DNA of 64,000 bases from Roseibacillus sp. (GCA_051251855.1 JBPOGI010000001.1:1408001-1472000); one strand, 5' to 3'. Shown: positions 1 to 13,198, numbered from the stretch's first letter. Numbers and translations are program-made. The notes: generated by a model from the letters alone, not told the origin.

Positions 1-375
1 AACGATTCCAGATATCGCAGTGAGAAACAGCGCGCCCCGAAGCTGAGGTTTGAACTTCCCGAAAGACAGAATTCCAAAGAACTCCATTGCGAGGACGTAG
101 ACAAAAAGACCAATCGGAACGTGAAGAACGAGGACGTGCAAGTCGCCGAGCCAAAGCATCCAATCATTAAGAACTGAGGAGTCTGGGGAAACGGCTTTTC
201 TATCTTCCAAGCCCCAAACATACGGAAATACAAAAAGCCCCACAGCAGCAATAAGCATGAGCAGGGTTAAAAACTTCAGGCCTCCTGAAGATTTCTTAGG
301 GGATGAATTTTCGTCTTCGGGCTCTGGCACTGCGGCAGCAAAGTCCTCTTCTGGGGTGTCATTTTCTTCGGACAT
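1..375 (-). CDS. 5' part of a membrane protein (DUF2231-like N-terminus, often fused to planctomycete cytochrome c); runs off the window start
   Basis: Manual translation from ATG at 375: MSEENDTPEED...WLGDLHVLVLHVPIGLFVYVLAMEF..., open to base 1. The 'G.LH.LVLH.PIG' motif is typical of this family. Confidence 0.6.
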   Translation of the reverse strand, partial: MSEENDTPEEDFAAAVPEPEDENSSPKKSSGGLKFLTLLMLIAAVGLFVFPYVWGLEDRKAVSPDSSVLNDWMLWLGDLHVLVLHVPIGLFVYVLAMEFFGILSFGKFKPQLRGALFLTAISGIV

Positions 376-432
376 AAGGGGTGATTGATTTGTTACGGGC
401 TATATTTCTCTGACCTTACCAAATCGAACAAG

Positions 433-636
433 CTAATTAATGTCGATGGGCTTTTCCGTGCCCTTTTTCTTGCTGCTTTTCATTCCGACAAAGCGCTTCA
501 AGTCGAGACCGAGCATTGAAAGCGAATTGATTAGGATAATAAACAAGAGTCCCTCATCAATAAAAGGAACAGGATCAGGGATGGCCAATCCGAAGACGGA
601 AGCTAAGAGCAAGAGAACGGCAAATACTTTTTTCAT
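433..636 (-). CDS. Small membrane protein (DUF1232/YkvA-like)
   Basis: 67 aa with two hydrophobic segments around an IPDPVPFIDE motif and a basic tail. Confidence 0.55.
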   Translation of the reverse strand: MKKVFAVLLLLASVFGLAIPDPVPFIDEGLLFIILINSLSMLGLDLKRFVGMKSSKKKGTEKPIDIN

Positions 637-817
637 GTCGATAATCTGGGTGATTTCGAGCCTTTAGACAAACAGAACTCCTGCCAAGGCACTACAAATT
701 CGTCGAAAAATTGCATCGAATCGTCCGATTCAACCAATTGCCGTCGTTTTTTCATTTCACAATGGCCAATTTTACCTCAGTTTCCGCGCCCCGCCGGTGA
801 GAGCCCGGCCCGTCTTT

Positions 818-2164
818 ATGAATATCTCGGTTCAAAAACAGCCCCAATGCCAAGCGACCCTCGAAGTGGAAATCCCAGCCGATGTGGTCTCCACCGAACG
901 GAAACAGCTTTTGCAGAATTACGTCAGTCAGGCCAGCATCCCAGGCTTTCGCCCTGGCAAAGCCCCACTGAAGGTCATCGAAAAGCGCTTCGGTGCCTCC
1001 ATCAACGAAGAATTGGATGGTCGCCTCATGGACAAGGCCTTTCAAACGGCCCTCAAGGAGGACGAAAGCCTTAAGGTAATCGATGTCAAATGGCCCGACA
1101 CTCTCGACCATAATGACAGTGGTTCTGCGACCCTCAAAGCAAACCTGATTCTCGCTCCTGAGTTCACTCTTCCCCCTTACACAGGCCTCACCGTCGAAGT
1201 CCCTAAACAGGAAGTAACCCCTGAGTTAGTCGAGCAAGAGCTCAATACTCTCCGTGAGCGTCACTCCGACTTCGCCGATGTTGAAGATCGCGCGGTGCAA
1301 GAAGATGATATTGTCGTCATCGACTACACCGGCACTTGTGACGGTAAGCCTGTCTCAGAAGTCGCTGGCCAACCCGTCCCTCAAGTCGAAACCGGTGAAG
1401 ACTTTTGGCTCAAGGTCGACGAGGAATCCTTCCTTCCCGGCTTTGCAACCCAACTTGTCGATTTGAAAGTCGGCGATAGCAAAGAAGTCACCGTCTCCCT
1501 TCAAGAAGACTTCCCTCTTGAACCTCTTCGCGAAAAAGACCTCGTTTTCCAAGTCACCGTCAAAGGTATCAAGGAGCAGAAGCTTCCCGAAGACGACGCC
1601 CTTGTCGAAGCTCTTATGCCTGGTGGCTCAATGGATGACATCAAGGAGACCATCGAGTCCCAGATGCGCTTCCAAATCAACAAGCAGTTGGAAGAGTTCA
1701 AGGAAAGTAAACTCCTCGAACAGATTGCCACAGCTGTCGACTTCGAGCTTCCAGAAGAATACGTTGCTTCCGAGACTCAAGGCCAAGCTGATCGTCTCGT
1801 TGAAGACGCGGTGAAGCAAGGAATGAGCGAGGAGCAACTCCAAGCAGAGCAGGAGAAAATCTTCGAAACCGCCGGTGAGCGCGCTCGCAACAATCTCAAG
1901 GTTCAGTTCCTCCTCGGCGAAATTGCCCAAGAGGAAAAAATCAAAGTGCCTGAGAACGAGCTACTGCAAGCCATCACTAGTATGGCCAAGCGCGAAGGCA
2001 AGCCCCTCAAGGCATTTATCAAACAATTGCAGCGTGAGCGCCGTATTGATTCCCTCCGAAACCAAATGCTGATCGGCAAGACCGTTGACTTCTTGCTAGA
2101 GAGCGCGAACTTCGTTGAAGTTGAACCAACTGAAAATGACAGTGAATCAAAATCCGATGACTAA
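818..2164 (+). CDS. tig: Trigger factor
   Basis: Ribosome-binding motif [10 protein letters not shown] and FKBP domain (IDYTG..DGK, FLPGF). ATG 818 preferred over GTG 797. Confidence 0.97.
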   Translation: MNISVQKQPQCQATLEVEIPADVVSTERKQLLQNYVSQASIPGFRPGKAPLKVIEKRFGASINEELDGRLMDKAFQTALKEDESLKVIDVKWPDTLDHNDSGSATLKANLILAPEFTLPPYTGLTVEVPKQEVTPELVEQELNTLRERHSDFADVEDRAVQEDDIVVIDYTGTCDGKPVSEVAGQPVPQVETGEDFWLKVDEESFLPGFATQLVDLKVGDSKEVTVSLQEDFPLEPLREKDLVFQVTVKGIKEQKLPEDDALVEALMPGGSMDDIKETIESQMRFQINKQLEEFKESKLLEQIATAVDFELPEEYVASETQGQADRLVEDAVKQGMSEEQLQAEQEKIFETAGERARNNLKVQFLLGEIAQEEKIKVPENELLQAITSMAKREGKPLKAFIKQLQRERRIDSLRNQMLIGKTVDFLLESANFVEVEPTENDSESKSDD

Positions 2165-2801
2165 TTCCTCCGCCGGCGTCCCTAGTAACAACTACTACGT
2201 CCCTACTGTAATTGAGCAAGATGGCCGCGGTGAGCGTGCCTTCGACGTTTACTCGCGCCTTCTCAAGGACCGCATCATCTTTATCGGCGTCGGTATCGAT
2301 GACTACGTGGCCAACTCAGTGATTGCTCAGTTGCTCTTTTTGCAGATGCAGGATCCTAAGAAGGACATCCACATCTACATCAACTCCCCCGGCGGCTCCG
2401 TAACCGCGGGCCTAGCCATCTACGACACCATGCAGTTCATTACATGCGACGTGAACACCTATTGCATCGGAATCGCTGCTTCTATGGGAGCAGTCCTCCT
2501 AACAGCCGGAACCAAGGGCAAGCGCTTCTGCCTTCCTAACTCTCACGTCATGATTCACCAAGTCTCTGGCGGAGCACAAGGCACCGCTTCAGACGTAGAG
2601 CGAACCATTGGCTTTATGTTCAACTTGAAGCAACGCCTCAATCGCATTCTTTCTGAGCATACTGGGAAGACAATTGAAGAAGTAGAGCGCGATGCAGACC
2701 GAGACAACTATATGACCAGTGAGGAATCAGCTGCATACGGACTTGTCGACAAAGTTCTCGAAAATCGAACCGAGCATCCCGTGATCGCTCCTGCCGAATA
2801 G
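2157..2801 (+). CDS. clpP: ATP-dependent Clp protease proteolytic subunit
   Basis: [27 protein letters not shown] (Ser), MIHQ (His), DRDNY (Asp); start overlaps the end of tig. Confidence 0.98.
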   Translation: MTNSSAGVPSNNYYVPTVIEQDGRGERAFDVYSRLLKDRIIFIGVGIDDYVANSVIAQLLFLQMQDPKKDIHIYINSPGGSVTAGLAIYDTMQFITCDVNTYCIGIAASMGAVLLTAGTKGKRFCLPNSHVMIHQVSGGAQGTASDVERTIGFMFNLKQRLNRILSEHTGKTIEEVERDADRDNYMTSEESAAYGLVDKVLENRTEHPVIAPAE

Positions 2802-2828
2802 AGCGAGCTCCAAGACCTTACTTTTAAG

Positions 2829-2858
2829 AAGCCCGGGCATCACGTTCGGGCTTTTTTT
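2829..2858 (+). terminator. Intrinsic terminator after tig-clpP
   Basis: AAGCCCGGGC-ATCAC-GTTCGGGCTT followed by a T run. Confidence 0.85.
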
Positions 2859-2903
2859 GATCCCCGATTCCGCCGGAGGCTCGACTTCAGACGACTGGCT
2901 CTG

Positions 2904-2939
2904 GTTTGATGGCACGCATTTGTTTGATGGCACGCATTT
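2904..2939. repeat. Perfect 18-bp tandem duplication
   Basis: GTTTGATGGCACGCATTT twice (2904-2921, 2922-2939). Confidence 0.95.
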
Positions 2940-3188
2940 CTCTCAAGCCACAAGAACCAATCCGAGTAGAGAGCCCGTCTGGACATCCTGAATGGGGAAG
3001 GTCGGCAACCTTCGAGACCTGCAACCCACGAGGTCGCCTAGCTCAACTCCTACGAATCGTAGTCCGCAGGAAATCATCCTAGCCTGAATTCGAAAATCGA
3101 AACAATGGTCGACAACTAAAGTCGCCCTTCCCTTCCACAAAAGGCGAATCTTAGCCTATCGGGATCGGACAACCATCGAAATATTCGA

Positions 3189-3548
3189 CTACCACTTCAG
3201 CTCGATAAACTCAGCCTGATTGATTCCATCAGTTACGTTAGGCTGAATATTCTCAGGAACCTCAAAACGAGGAATCTCAGCAATTTGAGTAACCTGAGTT
3301 GGATCCGGAGTGAGCGGGTCAAATGCCTTCTCCTTAGGAGTCGTCGGAGTCGGAGTCGGAGTCGAAGTCGGGGTGGTCTTCGGCTTCGTAGTCTTCTTTG
3401 GGCGATAAGTTCTTTTCTTTGGCTTACTGACCACGGTCGGGGCCTTTTTCTCTACCACTGGAGGAAGTGTTTTCACTGTTGGAGTGTTTTGCTGACAGCT
3501 TGTGCCTAAGAAGGCTACAAGGGGGATGACTGAGAGGAGTTTTTTCAT
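3189..3548 (-). CDS. Pro/Thr/Lys-rich hypothetical lipoprotein
   Basis: MKKLLSVIPLVAFLGTSC lipobox; low-complexity KPKTTPTSTPTPTPTT linker. Confidence 0.75.
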   Translation of the reverse strand: MKKLLSVIPLVAFLGTSCQQNTPTVKTLPPVVEKKAPTVVSKPKKRTYRPKKTTKPKTTPTSTPTPTPTTPKEKAFDPLTPDPTQVTQIAEIPRFEVPENIQPNVTDGINQAEFIELKW

Positions 3549-3616
3549 AAGCAACTGTCGTTAAGACGAAGGACCCAAGTAATGAATTCAATCTTTCATA
3601 CCAGTAAAAAAAGTAA

Positions 3617-4132
<516 letters not shown>

Positions 4133-4156
4133 TTTTCCTTTCCTCTATTTTCGAAG

Positions 4157-4186
4157 AAGGCCAACCACTGCGGTTGGCCTTTTTTT
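4157..4186 (+). terminator. Intrinsic terminator after glnB
   Basis: AAGGCCAACC-ACTGC-GGTTGGCCTT followed by a T run. Confidence 0.9.
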
Positions 4187-4321
4187 GTGAGGGTGGAAGC
4201 CCGCTGCTCAACGAGACTGAGAATGGAAGACAACCAAGCTGGTCACTTTCTGACCACCGCTAGGTCAAGGAACATCCAAAATCCATTTTCCGATTGCCAA
4301 AGAATGGCATAGTCTCTCCCC

Positions 4322-4741
4322 GTGCTCGGTTCCGATCCCATCAATCTCCATTTTCACATTCCTGCTTCTGACCATCTCGGACGTGAGGAAGTACAAGGAC
4401 AGCTGCGCTTTCACGCCGATCACATCGACCTTCACTGGCGACTCAAAGGCAACGTCTTCACCGGCGGACCGGGAGAGATGAAACTCATCGAAATCCCCTA
4501 TCCCGTGGTTGCCGAAGTCACCATGAAACGGCGCTGGTTTCGACCCGCACTACTCATTCTTAGGCTCGACACCCCCGAACTCGTGGCTGAAATCCCAGGC
4601 ATCGAGGTAGGAAGGATGACCCTTCATATCGACCCTCAATCCAAAGAAGCCGTCAGCAAAGTCCACGACCTCATCGACTATCGGCGCTCTCTCTTTGTCC
4701 TCGATGAGACTAACAAGCGCCTCGATTCCATGCGCGGCTAA
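4322..4741 (+). CDS. Hypothetical protein
   Basis: 139-aa ORF with host-like codon usage, GTG start 6 nt after a TAGTCT box. Confidence 0.7.
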   Translation: MLGSDPINLHFHIPASDHLGREEVQGQLRFHADHIDLHWRLKGNVFTGGPGEMKLIEIPYPVVAEVTMKRRWFRPALLILRLDTPELVAEIPGIEVGRMTLHIDPQSKEAVSKVHDLIDYRRSLFVLDETNKRLDSMRG

Positions 4742-4756
4742 TCGCACTAAAAACCC

Positions 4757-5767
4757 GTGTCCATTCTTCGCCTCACCCTCAGCCTTAGCCCTCTGTTTCT
4801 AGCTAGCTGTAGTTCATTCTCTTTTTATACCCAAGCATTTCGCGGTCAGACCGAGATCACCTTCGGACGCCGCGCAGTTGCCTCAGTCATCGCCGACCCC
4901 GCGACCGACGCTAAGCTTGCAGCCAAACTTAGACTCACGCAAAAGCTCGTCGATTTCGCGGAGCAGGAACTCGCCCTCGACGCCTCCGGTTCCTATCGCC
5001 ACTACCGAGACCTCAAGCGTGATCACGTCGTCTATATCGTTCATGCAGCCCCCGAGTTCTCGCTCGAACCCAAAACTTGGTGGTATCCCGTTGTTGGAGC
5101 CCAAGATTATCGGGGTTACTTCAAAAAAGAAGACGCTCAATCTCTTATCAACGAGCTCAAGGCAGAAGGCCTCGACACCTACACAGGCGGCGTCAATGCC
5201 TACTCAACTCTCGGATTTTTCAACGATCCCATCCTCAACACTTTCATTGATTACCCCGAAGTTGACCTTGCCGAGCTCATTTTTCATGAACTTACCCATC
5301 ACCGATATTACGAGAAAGACGAAACTCCTTTCAACGAAGCCCTCGCCGAAGTCGTAGCCCGCGAAGGCACCCGCCGCTGGCTCAAGCAAAAGGGAGACGC
5401 CAAAGCCCTTGCCAAGTATGAACTCAGGTTGGAGCGACGCTCCCAAATTCGGAAAGCGATCGAGAACACCGTCGTCGGCCTCGAAAAAATCTACCAATCG
5501 CTTACAACGACCGACGAAAAGCGCCGCCAGAAGAACGCTGAAATCGAAGCGCTCCGCAAGGCTGTCAAACAACTCTACGCCGGCTGGCAGCAAAAGCCCT
5601 CCAACTTCCTATCCACCCCTCTCAACAATGCGCGCCTCAACGCCTTCACCACCTACGAATCACTTGTTCCGCCGCTCAAAAAACGACTTGCGAGCCACAA
5701 CGGCGACTTAGAAGCCTTTTTTGAGGATATCCAAGCCAACGGTAAAGAGCCGAATCCCCGCCCCTGA
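4757..5767 (+). CDS. Putative zinc aminopeptidase lipoprotein (DUF2265-like)
   Basis: LASC lipobox; YRGYF, AYSTLGFFNDP, LAELIFHELTH (HExxH), FNEALA. Confidence 0.85.
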   Translation: MSILRLTLSLSPLFLASCSSFSFYTQAFRGQTEITFGRRAVASVIADPATDAKLAAKLRLTQKLVDFAEQELALDASGSYRHYRDLKRDHVVYIVHAAPEFSLEPKTWWYPVVGAQDYRGYFKKEDAQSLINELKAEGLDTYTGGVNAYSTLGFFNDPILNTFIDYPEVDLAELIFHELTHHRYYEKDETPFNEALAEVVAREGTRRWLKQKGDAKALAKYELRLERRSQIRKAIENTVVGLEKIYQSLTTTDEKRRQKNAEIEALRKAVKQLYAGWQQKPSNFLSTPLNNARLNAFTTYESLVPPLKKRLASHNGDLEAFFEDIQANGKEPNPRP

Positions 5768-5799
5768 CTTGACAGAACCGAGTTTCGCGCAAGACTAAT

Positions 5800-8111
<2,312 letters not shown>

Positions 8112-8146
8112 TTTCCTCGAAAGAGGAAGCATTGATTAACAGATAG

Positions 8147-8173
8147 AGGGGCGGCATTTATTGCCGCCCTTTT
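8147..8173. terminator. Terminator after thiC, between convergent genes
   Basis: AGGGGCGGCA-TTTAT-TGCCGCCCTTTT. Confidence 0.8.
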
Positions 8174-8266
8174 CACTGCAGAAGACAACAGTGAACAAAA
8201 AAGCCATCTGCAGCTCATCGTAGGCGCACCCCAACGGAATCTGCTCATCACCTCACGGCTAGACCT

Positions 8267-8644
8267 CTAGTCGAGAATCACGACCTTGCCCTGCACTCCT
8301 TGAGCGGCAGCTTCAGCGCGTGCTTGAGCTTCGTGTTGCTCAGGAGAACAAGATGAATCAATCGGCGCATCTGCAGCCTCTTCACTGTGAGAAATCAAAT
8401 TTTGCTCTACCATCCAGCTCTCCACTTCTTCTCCGCTCACATCAGCCAGCATCGTTCCGTTCACCTCCACACAAGGAGAAAGAGGCTGCCCACTCTTCAT
8501 CTCCATCTCCATGCGCATAGCTGGATTCTTAATGATGTCCTTTTCTTCCCACTCAAGGCTATATTTACGGAGGACAGCGCGCACGCCTTCACTCCAGCCA
8601 CAGTAAGTCTTCAGATAACACACGATTTTTGGTTGGTCGCTCAT
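8267..8644 (-). CDS. Monothiol glutaredoxin-like protein
   Basis: YCGWS (CxxS) active site, P-C-V-E-V-N-G cis-Pro region. Confidence 0.8.
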   Translation of the reverse strand: MSDQPKIVCYLKTYCGWSEGVRAVLRKYSLEWEEKDIIKNPAMRMEMEMKSGQPLSPCVEVNGTMLADVSGEEVESWMVEQNLISHSEEAADAPIDSSCSPEQHEAQARAEAAAQGVQGKVVILD

Positions 8645-8727
8645 GAGGACTAAACTACCCCGATTTTAGAAAACCTCAAGCGTGCTTCCCGCTCGTTTCC
8701 CCACAAAAAATAACTACCCTTCTTCCC

Positions 8728-9381
8728 GTGGACCGACCTCGTATTCTCATTAATTTCGCCATCTCAGCCGATGGCAAGATCGGAACCTCACAAAAAGGCC
8801 CTTCCCGCTTCACATCCAAAGCCGATCTCGACCGTTTGCTCCAGATACGGCTCCGGGCCGACGCCATTCTTGTGGGGCGCGGAACCTTGGAAGCCGACGA
8901 AATGTCGATGACCATCCCCGCTGAACTCAACCCTCCCAAACAACCTCTCCGTTGCATTATCTCCCGCTCAGGAAAGTTCGATTCCGCCCACAAAGTTTTT
9001 CATAGCCCCGGTGGCGATATTCATCTCATTGCCACAGACACCAAAGAGCCCTTCGACGAAATTCCGCACACCATCCCGCATCTTTGCTCTCTCGAGGACT
9101 TTCTCGCCCGAGCAAAGAACGAACTTGGAGTAGAAACTCTCCTTTGCGAAGGCGGTGGTTCACTCGTCAAAGACCTCTTCGCCATCGACGCTATCGACGA
9201 AATCAATCTCACCCTCGCCGGCCACTCCCTCATCGGCGGAAAAAACGCACCGACCATCACCGGAATTCCTAGTGACTTCCTACCCACCTCTCGCGACTTC
9301 AAAATCACCCACTTCGAACCCACCGAGGACGGTGAACTCTTTGCAACTTGGTCTCGAGAGGAGACGACTACTTCGCCTTGA
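8728..9381 (+). CDS. RibD C-terminal (DHFR-fold) reductase family protein
   Basis: NFAISADGKI, DAILVGRGT, LLCEGGGSL, IDEINL. Confidence 0.88.
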   Translation: MDRPRILINFAISADGKIGTSQKGPSRFTSKADLDRLLQIRLRADAILVGRGTLEADEMSMTIPAELNPPKQPLRCIISRSGKFDSAHKVFHSPGGDIHLIATDTKEPFDEIPHTIPHLCSLEDFLARAKNELGVETLLCEGGGSLVKDLFAIDAIDEINLTLAGHSLIGGKNAPTITGIPSDFLPTSRDFKITHFEPTEDGELFATWSREETTTSP

Positions 9382-10645
9382 TCTGCCCTTCACCGCGCAA
9401 GCGATACTGGTAACTCGTCAACTCACGTAGAGCCATCGGCCCACGCGCGTGAAGTTTGTCGGTCGAAATTCCAATCTCGGCCCCGAAACCAAACTCTTCC
9501 CCATCACTAAACCGAGTGGAAAGGTTATGAAAAGCACACGCCGAATCCACACCACGCAAGAAGCGCTCCGCCTCATCATGGTCTTCCGTGACAATGCAAT
9601 CACTGTGCTTGGAGCCATATTGATTCACATGTGCCATCGCCTCTTCCACTGAGCTCACCACTTTCACTGCAAGAATGTAATCGAGATACTCCATCTCCCA
9701 ATCCTCTTCCGTCGCCAGCTTTACGCGCTCGCCAAGAATCGCCTGCGTCTGCTCATCACCACGCAACTCGACCTTCTTCGCCTCAAGCGCCGCTGCCACC
9801 AGTGGCAAAAATTCTGCCGCCACTGACTCGTCAACGAGCAAGGTCTCCAGTGCATTGCAAACACTTGGCTTCTGAGTCTTGGAGTCTACCGCGATATCCA
9901 CAGCCTTCGCAAAGTCAGCCTTCGCAGCCACATAGACATGGCAGATGCCATCGTAATGCTTAATCACCGGCATTCGCGCTAAGGAAACAACCGTCTCAAT
10001 GAGACCCTTGCCACCGCGTGGAATAATCAAATCGAGATACTGGTCCATACCCGCCATCACCTTCACACTCTCTCGGTCAGTAAAGGGAATAAGCTGAATC
10101 GCATTCGCAGGAAGCCCCGCCTTCTCACCACCCTCTTGCAGAGCCTTCGCAATGGCACGGTTCGAGTGAATCGCCTCACTACCACCTCGCAAAATCGTCG
10201 CATTTCCACTTTTCAAGCAAAGCACTGCCGCGTCACTCGTCACGTTAGGACGACTCTCATAAATGATTCCAATCACCCCAATCGGCACTCGAACCTGCTC
10301 AATCGAAAACCCCTGAGGATGTTCCCACTGTGCCAGTTGCTCACCCACCGGATCATTCAGACCAGCTACCTTCTCGATGCCCGCGGCGACTGCCTCCAAG
10401 CGAGCCTCATCAAGCCGCAATCGGTCTAGCATCGCCGAAGAAAGCTCCCGCTCTTCTCCTGCTGCAATGTCCTTGGCATTCGCAGCCAAAACCTCAACCG
10501 CGTGCTCTCGAAGCTCCCGCGCCATGGCTCGCAAGATCTCGTTCTTCTTATCCGCACTTAGAATTGCCAACTCCAAAGCCGCTGCGCGCGCCTTCTTCCC
10601 CATCGCCAAAACCTGTTCTGTTACTTCTTCCGTGGTCATCGCCAT
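9368..10645 (-). CDS. proA: Gamma-glutamyl phosphate reductase
   Basis: GVIGIIYESRPNVT, PSVCNALETLL, STRFSDGEEFGFGAEIGIST. Confidence 0.98.
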   Translation of the reverse strand: MAMTTEEVTEQVLAMGKKARAAALELAILSADKKNEILRAMARELREHAVEVLAANAKDIAAGEERELSSAMLDRLRLDEARLEAVAAGIEKVAGLNDPVGEQLAQWEHPQGFSIEQVRVPIGVIGIIYESRPNVTSDAAVLCLKSGNATILRGGSEAIHSNRAIAKALQEGGEKAGLPANAIQLIPFTDRESVKVMAGMDQYLDLIIPRGGKGLIETVVSLARMPVIKHYDGICHVYVAAKADFAKAVDIAVDSKTQKPSVCNALETLLVDESVAAEFLPLVAAALEAKKVELRGDEQTQAILGERVKLATEEDWEMEYLDYILAVKVVSSVEEAMAHVNQYGSKHSDCIVTEDHDEAERFLRGVDSACAFHNLSTRFSDGEEFGFGAEIGISTDKLHARGPMALRELTSYQYRLRGEGQIKAK

Positions 10646-10646
10646 T

Positions 10647-11405
10647 TCAATCTACTAAAAATCTCGTACAAACTCCTCCACCGCTCACAATCTCATTCAA
10701 TCGTTCAGGATAACGACCGTTTCCAATCACCACCTGAACTCCTGCCAACAAAGCCAATTCCACCGCACCCAACTTCGAGCGCATGCCCCCGATGGAAAAC
10801 TTACCGGAAGCATCACCCACCTGCGCCTTAGCTTCCGATAAATTACGCACCTCAGGAATCAACTCACCGCCCAGTCCTTTGCAGAGGCCATCCGCACTCG
10901 TCAACATCACCAGCAATTTAGCCTCCATCAATTCGGAGACCCTGACCGAGAGCATATCATTGTCTCCTTGGCTCAACTCCTCAACCGCTACCGAATCATT
11001 TTGATTCACAATCGGCACTACCCCCCCTTTGTCTAACAAGCAGTTGATCGTATTCTTCACCCGAGCCCGGACTTCCTCATTCTGCAAATTATCTCCCGTC
11101 AAAAGAATCTGAGCCACACTCAAACCAAATTGCGAAAAAAGATTCTCGTAGGTATGCATCAACCTCGCTTGACCCACTGCTGCAGCCGCCTGCTTCTCGG
11201 ACAACTCACTCGGATACTGTTCTAATCCTAACGCCGAAACTCCCGAGCCCACCGCACCGGATGAAACTAAAACGACCCGCTGACCACCATTCACTTGTTC
11301 CGCCAGCGCCGTCACTAGCTTCACCAAAGAACCGCCGTCGATGCGGCCATCACTGACGCGCGTCAACACGCCCGTTCCAACCTTAACCACAATCAAATCG
11401 CTCAT
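10647..11405 (-). CDS. proB: Glutamate 5-kinase (short form without PUA domain)
   Basis: VVKVGT, LVSSGAV, AAAVGQ, GDNDMLS, GGMRSKL; 252 aa. Confidence 0.95.
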   Translation of the reverse strand: MSDLIVVKVGTGVLTRVSDGRIDGGSLVKLVTALAEQVNGGQRVVLVSSGAVGSGVSALGLEQYPSELSEKQAAAAVGQARLMHTYENLFSQFGLSVAQILLTGDNLQNEEVRARVKNTINCLLDKGGVVPIVNQNDSVAVEELSQGDNDMLSVRVSELMEAKLLVMLTSADGLCKGLGGELIPEVRNLSEAKAQVGDASGKFSIGGMRSKLGAVELALLAGVQVVIGNGRYPERLNEIVSGGGVCTRFLVD

Positions 11406-11406
11406 C

Positions 11407-13110
11407 TCAGGAAGACGCTGATAACTTACTCGCAGCCGATCGGCAAGCCCCCCAAACCGCAGGAAAGACCTGCTTCTTACGGCTCACAACTCCAGGAGCA
11501 ATAAAGACCCCATCTTTATTCTCGTAGGGCAAAGCTTCCAGAAGAGCAGGATCACCGCTCGCCAGAATCAAACTGTCGTGCTTCGAGATATCCGTAATCA
11601 CCAACAAGGCAAAGTCACAGCTCTCCTGGATACGCAGCGCCTCCAAGGCACTCACCAGCTTGCTCTTCCGTTTGGTAAAGCCACCCAAACCACGCTCCTC
11701 AATTTGGGAAATACTGATCTTGATGCCGTCCTCGAAGAACTCTTTTCGATCCGTAGTCAGAATATCAGTAGGAGTTCCTCCACCGAGCAAAGAACCCACC
11801 GCAAAAAACTCATCTGTGAAACTCTCGGGGTCAACTCCCGCAATCGGTGCGAGCCAAGCCAACATCTCACGATCCAACTTCGTGGTCGTGGGAGAGGTCA
11901 GCATTAACGTATCGGAAATCAATCCCGCGCACAAACACATCGCTACCCCTGGAGTCGGCTCTAGGTCGCGATGCATAAACTTGCGTGCGACCAGCGTGCT
12001 CGTAGAACCAACCGGCTCATTTAAAAATCGAATCGGTTCCCGTGAGGCTAAGTCACCCGCCAACCGGTGATGATCAATGACTTCATAAATCTCCGCTTCA
12101 TCCACCCCCGTCACTGCCTGCGCATATTCGTTGTGGTCCACCAGCACCAAACGCGTGCGCTTCGGCTCCACTAAATCACCCTTCGAAAGCACTCCCACCA
12201 TCGTTCGCGTGCCTCGCCTAACAACAGGAAACAAATCTTGCTTCTCAGCAGAGAGACGCTTGCGCAAAAGAGAAACAACCTCTCCCTCTTCGACTACCAT
12301 AAAGTCACCAGAAACCACACAACTCACCTTACGCGAACACTGAATCAGCTTCGCCACACTCGCTGTATCGAGGCTCGCCATGAGAATCGCGACACCCTTT
12401 TCACGCGCCAAAGCCAACAGCTCAGTTGAAACTCCAAACCCACCCGTCACGACCAAAGCACGGACGCCATGCTCAATCGCAAACTCCTGAATCCCCGGGC
12501 GGTCTCCACAAATCACAAGATATTTGTCAACGATGCCATCATCCTCGGCGGATTGAAGACGCTTCTTCACGGTCTTCTCACTCGAAGCTCCTACCAGCAA
12601 ATGCAACTCCTCCTCGTTCCCATCACAATCATCACAAGGTGCCCCCATCGACTCAGCCTGCAAAGTCAGACAAATCTTCTGTAACGAAGCTTGAACCGTC
12701 CTCACCGCAATCCCCTCCATTTGGGCAGGTAGAAGCAACTGCAAAAGGTCGAGATAGCGAAGCAAGCCCTTCACCTCCCCATCCCTATCAACGACGGGCA
12801 CGCTTTTCACCCCACTCGCCAACATCCGGCGATAAACCGTCAAAAAACTGTCTTCCGTCGAAACCGAGATGACCTCCTTGCGAGCAATCTGTCCCGCAGT
12901 CACCCGCACATCCGTCACCAACCTTGGGGCCTCTAAGCCAGCCTTCTCCAAAACCCAAGCCGTCCGCGACGGAACCTCACCACAGCGAATCGCCTCCGCA
13001 TCTGAGCCCGTCATTCGCAACAACTCAGCCTGCCCAATCGCCGAACAAATGGCATCAGTATCAGGATTTTTGTGGCCAACCACCAGGAGCTTAGATTCTG
13101 AACTTTTCAT
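11407..13110 (-). CDS. ppaC: Mn-dependent inorganic pyrophosphatase with CBS and DRTGG domains
   Basis: GHKNPDTDAICS, LVDHNE, IDHH, EPVGSTST, SDT, VSRKKQ; central CBS-GDR-TGG-CBS insert. Confidence 0.93.
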   Translation of the reverse strand: MKSSESKLLVVGHKNPDTDAICSAIGQAELLRMTGSDAEAIRCGEVPSRTAWVLEKAGLEAPRLVTDVRVTAGQIARKEVISVSTEDSFLTVYRRMLASGVKSVPVVDRDGEVKGLLRYLDLLQLLLPAQMEGIAVRTVQASLQKICLTLQAESMGAPCDDCDGNEEELHLLVGASSEKTVKKRLQSAEDDGIVDKYLVICGDRPGIQEFAIEHGVRALVVTGGFGVSTELLALAREKGVAILMASLDTASVAKLIQCSRKVSCVVSGDFMVVEEGEVVSLLRKRLSAEKQDLFPVVRRGTRTMVGVLSKGDLVEPKRTRLVLVDHNEYAQAVTGVDEAEIYEVIDHHRLAGDLASREPIRFLNEPVGSTSTLVARKFMHRDLEPTPGVAMCLCAGLISDTLMLTSPTTTKLDREMLAWLAPIAGVDPESFTDEFFAVGSLLGGGTPTDILTTDRKEFFEDGIKISISQIEERGLGGFTKRKSKLVSALEALRIQESCDFALLVITDISKHDSLILASGDPALLEALPYENKDGVFIAPGVVSRKKQVFPAVWGACRSAASKLSASS

Positions 13111-13198
13111 GAAATTACGGTTTCCCGTTGGGTAGAAACTTTAAGCCAAAGCCCCCCTGCAAACAAGGAAAGACTAACAAGGGACCCGAACCTCGGAA

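Noticed and set aside
2904..2939. TGGCACG in the 18-bp tandem as a sigma-54 promoter, or the repeat as a mini-CRISPR
   Set aside because: There is no TTGC at -12 in either copy; the copies are directly adjacent with no spacer and no cas genes
3336..3390. GGAGTC hexamer repeats as a contingency locus
   Set aside because: They encode an in-frame Thr-Pro linker of the lipoprotein
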